39,685 nucleotides of DNA from a virus (taxonomy: Duplodnaviria > Caudoviricetes): positions 1 through 39,685 of the IMG/VR virus record IMGVR_UViG_3300032232_001689; one strand, 5' to 3'. This document shows positions 30,470 through 38,263 of the stretch, one piece after another. Position numbers and translations under genes: made by a program. The notes beneath the pieces are model-generated. The model was not told where the DNA came from and ran no database searches. It was given only the letters and a program-made list of their open reading frames with translations. The first letter of the stretch is position 1. The number at the start of each line of letters is the position of its first letter.

Positions 30470-30471
30470 AA

Positions 30472-32358
30472 ATGCCAAAGAAAACAATTAGTCCATTATC
30501 GTTTTTCAAAAACAAAGAAATGCCTAAAGGGCAATTCAAACAAGCTGCTAACGATAATAATGGAAATATGAATTCCATAAGCAAATCATTAGGTAGCCAT
30601 TTTTCTTCTCAACAGAGTCAAATAAAAGCACTATCATCAAACATATCAAATATTGAAGAAAAGGCGCAACAAACTGCTAAAAAAGTAGAAGGTACAAATA
30701 GCTTACTACAACAATCAATTGCTGTACAAAATAATATTTTAAAAACACTGAAAATGTTGGTTGGTAAGGTAGAAAATATTGAAGGTGGTGATGGAGATAG
30801 AGAAAAAGGCGGAGATAGCCTAACAAAACGTTTATTGAAGGGCATGGGTATAGCTGGTGCAGCTGCTTTTATTGGATCTAATAACATAGGTTCGAACGAT
30901 GGATCTTCAATGGAAAGAGGATCTGGTAGCAATTTAGCCAATGTTGAAAACAAGGTAATTTTAGAAACCATAAGACAAAGAGAATCTGGTGGTAACTATA
31001 AAGCTCAATCAGACTCTTCTACTGCTTCTGGAGCGTATCAATTTATCGATGGCACATGGCAAGGTTTGACAAATAAATTTAATGTCGGAAAAGAATTCAA
31101 ACGTGCAAAAGATGCACCCCCGGAAATACAAGATGCAGTAGCTGACAAATATATTGCAGATATTTTGAAGAGGCATAACGGTGATGTTAAATGGGTACCA
31201 AGAGAATGGTATGCAGGACCAAAAGGATATTTGACAGATAAAGAATTGGCTGCTAATAAAGGATTAACAGTAGAACAATATTCTAATATATGGATGAGAG
31301 AATTAGAAAGAAGAGATAAACAAAATAAATTCAGTACACCCCCTGATCAAAAAAAGGAAAGCACACCAAACACACAAGAAGGTGGTGAGCGCCAAAATAA
31401 TAATCAAAGCGAACAACAATTAAGAGAGGGTGGTGGTCAAGTTATACAAGATCAAAGTCAAGAAGCAGGTATAAGAAAACTGCCAATAAGTCCTGAACTT
31501 TTATCTGTTCTTGAAAAAGCTGCTAGAGAAGCAGGTGTTATTGTAAGAGTTAAATCCGGAGGTCAACCAGCGGAAGGCGAAGGTGGCAAAAGAACTGGTT
31601 CTACCAGGCACGATAAAGGTATGGCTGCTGATTTGGACATATATTCTGGCGACAGGAAACTTACTCCTAAAAATTCAGAAGATTTACCAATTTTCAAAAA
31701 GTTCGTTTCGGCTGCATCGGCTGCTGGCGCCACTGGTATTGGTGCAGGCGAAGGTTATATGGACAAAGATGGTGCGAGAATACACGTTGGGTTTGGCAGT
31801 CAATCTGTATGGGGAGCTGGTGGTTCTGGGCAAAATGCAGCAGGTTGGCTAAGGGAAACTGTAGGCGAATCACCTGGCGGCGAAACACCTGGACCAAGAA
31901 ATACAGGATATGATTCGGGAGAACAACCAAATAGAAATTCTATGAGACAACAAAGCCCAATGGGAATGATGAATCCTCTAGCGGGCATTGGCGGATTATT
32001 TGGTCCAAATGGTTCAGCAATTGGTGGAATCGCCGGAATGTTATTACCAACAATTGAAAATATATTAGGCAACATTCAAGGCGATAATAGGGCAGCAGTT
32101 ATGCAGCCCGGAACTAATTACGAGCAAGCGAAAGCAAAAAGTACTGCTATCGATAGAGCAGCTGTATCAAGAGAAACCAAAACACAAACTTCGGAACCAC
32201 CAAAACAACAACAATCAGAACAGCAAATTCAACAGAGAAGTAATGAAGTTACCCAAACACAAACAGACACAAGAGCCAAACCTGAATGGGTAGGTGATTT
32301 TATGGCAGGTATAAAACATACCTATTTGGATTTTGATGGAAAAATGATTTACATATAA
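30472..32358 (+). CDS. Tape-measure-like tail protein with lytic transglycosylase and M15-like peptidase domains
   Basis: N-terminal coiled coil; RESGGNY.A.S..STASGAYQFIDGTW (lysozyme-like); SGG..GSTRHDKG.AADL..IHVG (Zn peptidase-like); follows gp26/gp51. Confidence 0.7.
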   Translation: MPKKTISPLSFFKNKEMPKGQFKQAANDNNGNMNSISKSLGSHFSSQQSQIKALSSNISNIEEKAQQTAKKVEGTNSLLQQSIAVQNNILKTLKMLVGKVENIEGGDGDREKGGDSLTKRLLKGMGIAGAAAFIGSNNIGSNDGSSMERGSGSNLANVENKVILETIRQRESGGNYKAQSDSSTASGAYQFIDGTWQGLTNKFNVGKEFKRAKDAPPEIQDAVADKYIADILKRHNGDVKWVPREWYAGPKGYLTDKELAANKGLTVEQYSNIWMRELERRDKQNKFSTPPDQKKESTPNTQEGGERQNNNQSEQQLREGGGQVIQDQSQEAGIRKLPISPELLSVLEKAAREAGVIVRVKSGGQPAEGEGGKRTGSTRHDKGMAADLDIYSGDRKLTPKNSEDLPIFKKFVSAASAAGATGIGAGEGYMDKDGARIHVGFGSQSVWGAGGSGQNAAGWLRETVGESPGGETPGPRNTGYDSGEQPNRNSMRQQSPMGMMNPLAGIGGLFGPNGSAIGGIAGMLLPTIENILGNIQGDNRAAVMQPGTNYEQAKAKSTAIDRAAVSRETKTQTSEPPKQQQSEQQIQQRSNEVTQTQTDTRAKPEWVGDFMAGIKHTYLDFDGKMIYI

Positions 32359-32382
32359 AAAAAGGGAGCCGAAGCTCCCTTT
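32357..32382. terminator. Rho-independent terminator between convergent genes, C(UUCG)G loop on the minus strand
   Basis: Minus strand AAAGGGAGC TTCG GCTCCC TTTTTTT just after the gp32 stop; plus strand ends in TTTCT. Confidence 0.88.
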
Positions 32383-32385
32383 CTC

Positions 32386-33288
32386 TTAGCCTGCGAGCTT
32401 CTTGAAAAACTCTAATGACTCATCATCTTCGTCATCCTCAGCCATATGCTTTGGCACATCAGCTGTCTTAAACTTAGGAGCAGGAGCCTCTCGCGCCCAT
32501 GGAAGATCTTCATCTTCCGCACGAGCAACCTTAACAGCTGGGGTGTTCTCATCAAGAACCTTCATAAGACGTGCCTGAAGTTCCTCGTAGCTCTTAAAGT
32601 TTTTAGGAGCAAGGAATTCCTGAAGAGAATGTTCGCTCTTCCAAATCCCTTCGAGTTCCTCATCATCAGAAAGAAGAGCACCAACCTTATCAAACTCTGA
32701 CTTGTCATAATTACGATAACCTTCGACATTACGAATCTTCAGCTTGAAGTTGGCGCCAGCCCAAAGATCAAAAGGATTAACAGGCTCATCACCAGGGAAC
32801 TGTGGGTTCATGGCATCGTTGAGCTTATCAAAGATTTTCTTGCCATACTTGTAAAGGAAAACTTTTCCTTCATTAGTAGGATTACCAGGATCGCTAACAA
32901 CATAAATGTTAGAAACAAAGTGAAGACGACGCTTTTGCTTACGAGCAATTTCCTTGTTGGCTTCAACTCCAGAGTTCCAAAGCTTAGAATTATACTCGGA
33001 AACCGGATCTTGCTTACCGATAGTAGTCAAGGAATTTTCGATATACCAACCACCTGGTCCTTGAAACCCATGATCGAATACACGAACAAAGGGAACATCT
33101 TCATCGGGAGGGGAGGGGAGAAAGCGGATAACTGCGTATCCATTGCCAGCCTTATCGACTGTAGCGGTCCAGAAACGGTCATCTGAGCTTTTAGACTCAC
33201 CAGTTCCGTTGACCTTAGAAAGTTCAGCAGTAAGAGCCTCAAGAGACTTCTTACCAGACATGGACTTAAGCTTAGAAAAATCTACCAT
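32386..33288 (-). CDS. gp32: Single-stranded DNA-binding protein gp32
   Basis: DDRFW...DKAGNGYAVIRFLP, HGFQGPGGWYIENSLTT, GKKIFDK and NYDKSEF motifs; acidic tail; Cys-free variant. Confidence 0.97.
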   Translation of the reverse strand: MVDFSKLKSMSGKKSLEALTAELSKVNGTGESKSSDDRFWTATVDKAGNGYAVIRFLPSPPDEDVPFVRVFDHGFQGPGGWYIENSLTTIGKQDPVSEYNSKLWNSGVEANKEIARKQKRRLHFVSNIYVVSDPGNPTNEGKVFLYKYGKKIFDKLNDAMNPQFPGDEPVNPFDLWAGANFKLKIRNVEGYRNYDKSEFDKVGALLSDDEELEGIWKSEHSLQEFLAPKNFKSYEELQARLMKVLDENTPAVKVARAEDEDLPWAREAPAPKFKTADVPKHMAEDDEDDESLEFFKKLAG

Positions 33289-33361
33289 ATGTATTCTCCG
33301 TATGTTTGTATGACAATGTATTGCGATATATAAAAGCGAGTAGTTACAAACGCTTCAACAT

Positions 33362-33369
33362 TATTTAGT
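33362..33369 (-). promoter_or_regulatory. Late promoter variant ACTAAATA upstream of gp32
   Basis: Same variant as before the tmRNA; intergenic. Confidence 0.5.
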
Positions 33370-33375
33370 GTACCT

Positions 33376-33957
33376 CTATTCATCAAAATAGTCAAGGACA
33401 ATATTTTTTATCTTGTCTCTGTCAATATTGATAAATGGAATGTACTTCTCAACTTTGATTCGAGTTGTATCCCAAACCAAATCATATTGCATCTTAGAAT
33501 CCCAGTGTTTCTTAGCACCAGAAATTTCTAATAGCAAACACAAGGTATCAAGGCTAATTTGTTTACCAAGATACAATTGTAGTAAAAAAGGATGTTCGTT
33601 ATTTTTGCAAATAAGGTTCTCATTGAACCTGGTATCTAGATTACCAAGTTCTTGTTTGAAAACGTATGTTAAAGACTGCTGACGCTTCAACCAAGCCTTG
33701 TATGTTTTCTCAGCTTCTTCACTGTAGGCTAATTCTTTTATCCAAGCCTTTTCGTTTTCACAAAGGTTGGCAATTAGGAAATTATGAACATCTGGATGTT
33801 TTGCTAGCTTTTGGAAAAACAGTTTATCTTTACGTTTATCAAACGAAGATACGTTAACCTTCATTTTGCCATTGTATTTGAAGTAGTCGTATGTCGGTTT
33901 GCTGAAATGATTCTTAAGAGCAAGATACTCTTGATAACATTCGAAAGCTGACATCAT
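33376..33957 (-). CDS. gp59: Helicase loader gp59
   Basis: YLALKNHF...YDYFKYNGK...SF.KRKDK.FF.KLA motif; upstream of gp32 as in T4. Confidence 0.9.
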   Translation of the reverse strand: MMSAFECYQEYLALKNHFSKPTYDYFKYNGKMKVNVSSFDKRKDKLFFQKLAKHPDVHNFLIANLCENEKAWIKELAYSEEAEKTYKAWLKRQQSLTYVFKQELGNLDTRFNENLICKNNEHPFLLQLYLGKQISLDTLCLLLEISGAKKHWDSKMQYDLVWDTTRIKVEKYIPFINIDRDKIKNIVLDYFDE

Positions 33958-34241
33958 ACACTTACTTTGTTGTAGTACTCAGCAAAGAAATTACCAAGCT
34001 CTTTATCCATCAGATGACCAGCGCCGTTGCATGAAATGTATATTAGATACAGCTGCCAGATCTTCTTATCAAGAGCTTCGAAGGTTTCAAACTTTGATTG
34101 GTTCTTACCTTCCATAACAGTATACCCCTTCTGTTCGAGGTAGCCAACAAGATCTTCCTCATCAAAATCATCGAGGTCAAAATCAACATCAACCTCGACA
34201 CAGGCTGTTCTTCTTGTACCATACCCACCATACCCCATCAC
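33954..34241 (-). CDS. Hypothetical acidic protein
   Basis: Intact ORF with AAGGA SD and ATGA overlap with gp59. Confidence 0.65.
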   Translation of the reverse strand: MMGYGGYGTRRTACVEVDVDFDLDDFDEEDLVGYLEQKGYTVMEGKNQSKFETFEALDKKIWQLYLIYISCNGAGHLMDKELGNFFAEYYNKVSV

Positions 34242-34251
34242 TTATTCCTTC

Positions 34252-34482
34252 TTAGAATGGGAGCCTTGCTCCATGTTTAAGAACATTAAGGTTTTCTGCT
34301 TCTGCTTGTATCTTAGATTTCAAAGCTGGATTTTTTCTAATCCAATCTGCTGCCAACTCTACTTCAATTTTGTTTTTCTCACACCAATGCACTACTGCAT
34401 CAATATACTCCATATTTTTGGAAATACAAAGTTTCTCTATCTCTTCTACAAACCCAAAGTTATTCAGATTTATCAACTTCAT
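34252..34482 (-). CDS. gp33: Late transcription coactivator gp33
   Basis: F..EIE.....YIDAV..CE.N.IE.E....LK.KI..EAE.LN.L...RLP motif; 33-59-32 synteny. Confidence 0.88.
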   Translation of the reverse strand: MKLINLNNFGFVEEIEKLCISKNMEYIDAVVHWCEKNKIEVELAADWIRKNPALKSKIQAEAENLNVLKHGARLPF

Positions 34483-34660
34483 ATCCTCTAATTAATCTCA
34501 CACCAAAGTGAACCATATCGCTCGCAACAAGTGTACAGAACACAATTCCAGCTAGCTCCCAAAAAGGAGGAAATTTTGCCAGATATATTACACCATAGAA
34601 AACAAATTGTGATAGAACGAGAATCAAAATACCAACAGGAACGTCCTTAACTTTTTTCAT
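34460..34660 (-). CDS. Small membrane protein (two hydrophobic segments)
   Basis: GGAGA SD; hydrophobic stretches visible in the translation. Confidence 0.65.
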   Translation of the reverse strand: MKKVKDVPVGILILVLSQFVFYGVIYLAKFPPFWELAGIVFCTLVASDMVHFGVRLIRGYEVDKSE

Positions 34661-34673
34661 AATATCTCCAAAA

Positions 34674-34764
34674 TGGTAGGGATGCCAGGTAACGCTCCTG
34701 GTCTAGAACAGTCATCTACTGCTAAAGAGTTTATAAGTCTCTCTCGTGTCTTACACCCACCCCC
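34674..34764 (-). tRNA. Atypical 91-nt tRNA-like RNA, anticodon UAU (nominally Ile), long variable arm
   Basis: Acceptor GGGGGTG/CATCCCT + ACCA; D GTGT-AAG-ACAC; anticodon AGAGAG/CTCTTT with an A.A closing pair and loop CTTATAA; V-arm AGCAGT/ACTGTT; T arm CCAGG-AGCGTTA-CCTGG. Confidence 0.8.
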
Positions 34765-34769
34765 AATAA

Positions 34770-34846
34770 TGGCGCCCTCTGAGCGATTCGAACGCCCGAC
34801 CCACGGAGTAGAAATCCGTTGCTCTATCCTGCTGAGCTAAGAGGGC
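34770..34846 (-). tRNA. tRNA-Arg(UCU)
   Basis: Canonical cloverleaf GCCCTCT/AGAGGGC-GCCA; anticodon arm ACGGA-TTTCTAC-TCCGT; GTTCGAATC T loop. Confidence 0.96.
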
Positions 34847-34849
34847 TAA

Positions 34850-35140
34850 AAGGTGGTGGGATTCTGTTTCCAAGTTCCCACCGGACTCATGTTAGGCTGC
34901 TAGAGCCAAACGAGATGCATTGTTATCGTTTGCATTTACGAGTTTACTTAGTCTCTTCGTAACTTTACTACAACCCATCGAGCCTATTTCGCCCCCATCA
35001 AAGATACACACCCAAAGCTAGAATGCCTCATAGGATCACGAAGCAACTAGGGACTTCAACCCTCGTATGTATCTATGGTGGAGGCGTGGGGTACTGCCCC
35101 CCAGTCTGGATCGTCTATTCCATACGCCTCAACAACCAAG
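34850..35140 (-). ncRNA. ssrA: Circularly permuted two-piece tmRNA (alphaproteobacterial type)
   Basis: Acceptor piece ends GGGGGCAGTACCCCACGCCTCCACCA at 35076; 79-nt intervening segment; coding piece starts GGGGGCG at 34996 with a G3.U pair; tag ANDNNASRLALAA* at 34933-34892. Outer ends approximate. Confidence 0.93.
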
Positions 35141-35145
35141 CAATA

Positions 35146-35179
35146 TATTTAGTATACTACATGTAGTTTTTAAAGTCAA
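35146..35179 (-). promoter_or_regulatory. Overlapping sigma70-type (TTGACT-17-TATACT) and late-type (ACTAAATA) promoters for the RNA cluster
   Basis: Minus strand TTGACTTTAAAAACTACATGTAGTATACTAAATA. Confidence 0.75.
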
Positions 35180-36288
35180 GTTATTTTAAGCAGGATAGTG
35201 TTCTCATTGATACGATGAGCGAAAGGAGCATCACCCTTAAGTTCGTCCATCAACTTACGAAGTGTAATTTTACCAGCTTCTTGAACCTTCTTGACGTATT
35301 CCTCTGGCTTACGACCAGTACGTTTACTGATAGAAGTAGCCTCATCATAGTTGATAATACTAGTTCCCTTCACCTGCAACCCACCACGATCAATAGCACG
35401 GAACACAGTCAACACCTTGTTCTTTGTATTGAAAGTCCAAAGCTCTTGACAACCAATAAGCTTCTCTGGGTTAATAGAAGCAATTTTGAAGGTATTATCT
35501 TCTTTCTGATACTTAAGGTTTTTGAGCTTCTTCTCAACAGAGACAGCACGAGGCTTGCGAGGAGCACGTGTTTTCTTTGTAACATTACCGTAGCGCTCAG
35601 CATCTTCAATCAACTTATTGTAAAATTCAATGCGATCACGAAGCTGCTTTTTAGTCATATAGCTGTAAGCTTCCTTGAGCTGAGGATCTTTACCTTCCAA
35701 AACTTCAATAAGCTCGCCAAGACAAGGAGAGTAATGAGCAACTATGGCTGGATAATAAGCTGCAGGAATTTCCTTGGCTTTAAGCCAATCGTATAGAGAG
35801 AACGTTTCGCCAGCATCAATCAGCTCTTCAATATCACCAATGATATCGTTTTGGCGTTCACGCATGCGCTCCTGTACAGAGGCTTTAGGTACAGTAGATT
35901 CTGTTTGCACCTTGGCCTTTGTAAGAGTATATGCAAACGTTTCCTCGAGAAACTTCTTAGAATGGATAGGAACATCATAGCCCCTGCTTATCAAACGAGC
36001 AATCGCACCACAGGTATGATTGACCCATTCATCAGGAACAGCACGAAACTTCTTAATTTCTGCCAATCTATTTTGGTTCTTGAGCCAAGTTTCTGTATAT
36101 TCTTTGATCTCAGACTTGTCAGCCATGGCATTGTACCAATTGTAAGCGATGGCCATTTCACCTTCGGTCATCGCCCCGAGAAACTCTGGCTCGTCGCCCA
36201 TGTACTTACGATTGATGAAGTAAGACTCACTCCGTGATGTACGAGGCTTCTTAACTTTCTTAGCAATCAGTGATGCACGACGAGCCAT
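35176..36288 (-). CDS. Conserved hypothetical phage protein (370 aa)
   Basis: Start reassigned to MARRAS at 36288 (AAGGAG SD); C-terminal LW.FNTK...GL.VKGTSI..RIN..TILL motif recalled from T4-like phages. Confidence 0.75.
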   Translation of the reverse strand: MARRASLIAKKVKKPRTSRSESYFINRKYMGDEPEFLGAMTEGEMAIAYNWYNAMADKSEIKEYTETWLKNQNRLAEIKKFRAVPDEWVNHTCGAIARLISRGYDVPIHSKKFLEETFAYTLTKAKVQTESTVPKASVQERMRERQNDIIGDIEELIDAGETFSLYDWLKAKEIPAAYYPAIVAHYSPCLGELIEVLEGKDPQLKEAYSYMTKKQLRDRIEFYNKLIEDAERYGNVTKKTRAPRKPRAVSVEKKLKNLKYQKEDNTFKIASINPEKLIGCQELWTFNTKNKVLTVFRAIDRGGLQVKGTSIINYDEATSISKRTGRKPEEYVKKVQEAGKITLRKLMDELKGDAPFAHRINENTILLKIT

Positions 36289-36298
36289 AGTTTTCTCC

Positions 36299-37252
36299 TT
36301 AGACGGTTTCTGCCATTTCGATAGCGAGTTCAAGAGCCTTGGTCTTGACGCCCTTGTTGTAGCCGTACCAAGCCGAGGTAAGGCGAGTATCAGCCGAGCG
36401 ACCAGCAAGGTGATCGGTCAGGTAGGTAACGGCATTGAAGGGCTGCCACCAAGTACCTTCGGCATACTCAGAACCTGGCTGGGTATGAAGGATATCGAGA
36501 GCAATTTGTGCCGACTTAGACACTTCCTTGTTCTTAGCAGCACCAGTAACAGGGAAGATACGGCAGAAGTATTCCACGATATCTTCATCCTTGGCTTTCT
36601 TGGAACCGAGGAACTGAGCCATTTCCTTATACTTAGCAAGCTTATCAGTAGCAATACCGAGCATGTCCTTGACGTTAGAGGGATCAAAGACCTTACGATG
36701 GGAGATCTTGGCCATCCGTTCGACCTTGCTATTAAGAGACAGGGTCAGAGTGTTATTACAAACAACACGGATAGGAGTGAAGCGAACGTCGGTGCTGAAC
36801 CCATACTTGTGGAAGTTAGAGAAGAGCATGTAGGAGTCGATACGATCACCCTTGAAGAGTTCGAACGATTCCTTGACCTTGGCCAGCCCCCAGATAATTT
36901 GGCCACCCTTCAGCGAGCCAGCGGTATGCATTTCCATATCACCAGCGGCAACAAACTCATTGAAGAAGTCAAAGGCTTCCTCGTTCTGAACGGGATTCCA
37001 ATCATCCGAGACAACGTCAAGGATCTTATTATCCATAGAGCGAACGAGAGCAGACTGCCCGATCGCCACATTCTTACCTGCGATTTCTGCATATGCAGGA
37101 ACCTTTTCGACTGACCAATTCAAGCCAGCAGCCTCAAGCATTTGGGCAGGACTGAGGTCATTAGGAACCTTAGTACCGAGACCATGCCAGGGAGTAGCCC
37201 CAGCATAGGCCATTTGATCCTTACCATTTACGTTTTCGATTTCATGCGCCAT
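36299..37252 (-). CDS. DUF932/DUF945-family phage/plasmid protein
   Basis: MAHEIE..MAY.G.TPWHGLG, PVQN.EAF.FF, TAGSL.GG and TPIRVVCNNTL motifs; start reassigned to 37252. Confidence 0.9.
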   Translation of the reverse strand: MAHEIENVNGKDQMAYAGATPWHGLGTKVPNDLSPAQMLEAAGLNWSVEKVPAYAEIAGKNVAIGQSALVRSMDNKILDVVSDDWNPVQNEEAFDFFNEFVAAGDMEMHTAGSLKGGQIIWGLAKVKESFELFKGDRIDSYMLFSNFHKYGFSTDVRFTPIRVVCNNTLTLSLNSKVERMAKISHRKVFDPSNVKDMLGIATDKLAKYKEMAQFLGSKKAKDEDIVEYFCRIFPVTGAAKNKEVSKSAQIALDILHTQPGSEYAEGTWWQPFNAVTYLTDHLAGRSADTRLTSAWYGYNKGVKTKALELAIEMAETV

Positions 37253-37303
37253 AACAAAGTTCCTTCTTTCAAGCAGACGGTCATCATCAACCATCATAAG
37301 ATT

Positions 37304-37332
37304 AGTATACCACCTTTTAGATTTAAAAGCAA
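37304..37332 (-). promoter_or_regulatory. Early sigma70-type promoter TTGCTT-17-TATACT
   Basis: TTGCTTTTAAATCTAAAAGGTGGTATACT, intergenic; member of the repeated family. Confidence 0.8.
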
Positions 37333-37551
37333 CTAGAAAAATGAATAATACGAATCCACGATTTTCTTAATTGCCTGTTCGGCATCCTCATAATCGTCCT
37401 GATTGAGAATGCATTTGCACACTTCGATATAGTCTTCTTCGGTCAAGATCTTTTTACAGAGCTTGACATATTCTTCACCAGTCTTGGGCATAGGAGTAGG
37501 TACGTTGTTTATGTATTCTACTGCCTTTGGAAATTTTACAATCTCCCCCAT
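37333..37551 (-). CDS. Hypothetical early protein
   Basis: Coupled TGATG overlap with the upstream ORF. Confidence 0.65.
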   Translation of the reverse strand: MGEIVKFPKAVEYINNVPTPMPKTGEEYVKLCKKILTEEDYIEVCKCILNQDDYEDAEQAIKKIVDSYYSFF

Positions 37552-37805
37552 CAGTCACGCTTCCTGACACTATTCTCACGAATCCAAGCCTCTGCATCCG
37601 GACGATAGATGTAGTATTTCAACAGAACCTCGAAAGCATCAGAAAGCTCGAAGGCATTATGCATGTCTTCGTATTCATAAGCCTTAAGAGGACCAGGACA
37701 GTTCTTCAACCTACGAATCTCTGTCTGTTGAGAGATGTAATCATCCTTCAACGTTTTAAGAACCATCTTATCTACAATGTCATCATCAATTTCAAACTTC
37801 ATCAT
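37551..37805 (-). CDS. Hypothetical early protein
   Basis: Intact ORF in a chain of overlapping genes; GGAG SD. Confidence 0.65.
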   Translation of the reverse strand: MMKFEIDDDIVDKMVLKTLKDDYISQQTEIRRLKNCPGPLKAYEYEDMHNAFELSDAFEVLLKYYIYRPDAEAWIRENSVRKRD

Positions 37806-38001
37806 TCATCTCCGTTTCCCAATAACGACAGTAGAAGTACTGCCCATATGCATCAATCTCTGCCTGTGGATACCCCATCTCAACCAACCATGCCGTGGTA
37901 TTCTCGGGCTTGGGGTCTGGAAGAACCATAGGAAAGCCATACTTCCAACCCGATGGTGGGTCAATCATTAGTACTGTCTTAGTAGTCTTAGTGGTCACCA
38001 T
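37792..38001 (-). CDS. Conserved small phage protein
   Basis: IDPPSGWKYGFP motif recalled from phage hypothetical proteins; start reassigned to ATG 38001 after GAGAGG. Confidence 0.7.
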   Translation of the reverse strand: MVTTKTTKTVLMIDPPSGWKYGFPMVLPDPKPENTTAWLVEMGYPQAEIDAYGQYFYCRYWETEMNDEV

Positions 38002-38203
38002 AATCATCCTCTCTAAAAGATCGCACGTCACGATACTCTACTTCCATTCCTGGATACTGTTCCTCGAGGGCAAGAACCCCCCACATGGCTTTTCCATAGG
38101 TGGGGTAGGCATGCCGAGCAAGGACTCGAGTCTTGTCTAGAACAAGCACAATATGGCCATTGGCTGAATCTTCAAGCTTACGAATTGTTTTGCGGTGTTT
38201 CAT
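37988..38203 (-). CDS. Hypothetical early protein
   Basis: First ORF after the promoter at 38235-38263; AGGA SD. Confidence 0.65.
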   Translation of the reverse strand: MKHRKTIRKLEDSANGHIVLVLDKTRVLARHAYPTYGKAMWGVLALEEQYPGMEVEYRDVRSFREDDYGDH

Positions 38204-38234
38204 TTACTGTCCTATTGTTCAGGTTTCATATATG

Positions 38235-38263
38235 ATTATACTGTGGATCGAACTTAAAGTAAA
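38235..38263 (-). promoter_or_regulatory. Early sigma70-type promoter TTTACT-17-TATAAT
   Basis: TTTACTTTAAGTTCGATCCACAGTATAAT with upstream A-tracts. Confidence 0.75.

Noticed and set aside
34674-35140. tmRNA/tRNAs as a host integration site marking a prophage boundary
   Set aside because: Phage genes lie on both sides; no integrase and no duplicated att fragment seen.
35215-37114. Long plus-strand ORFs (193, 128 and 234 aa)
   Set aside because: Antisense to well-supported genes with biased codon use; no recognisable motifs.
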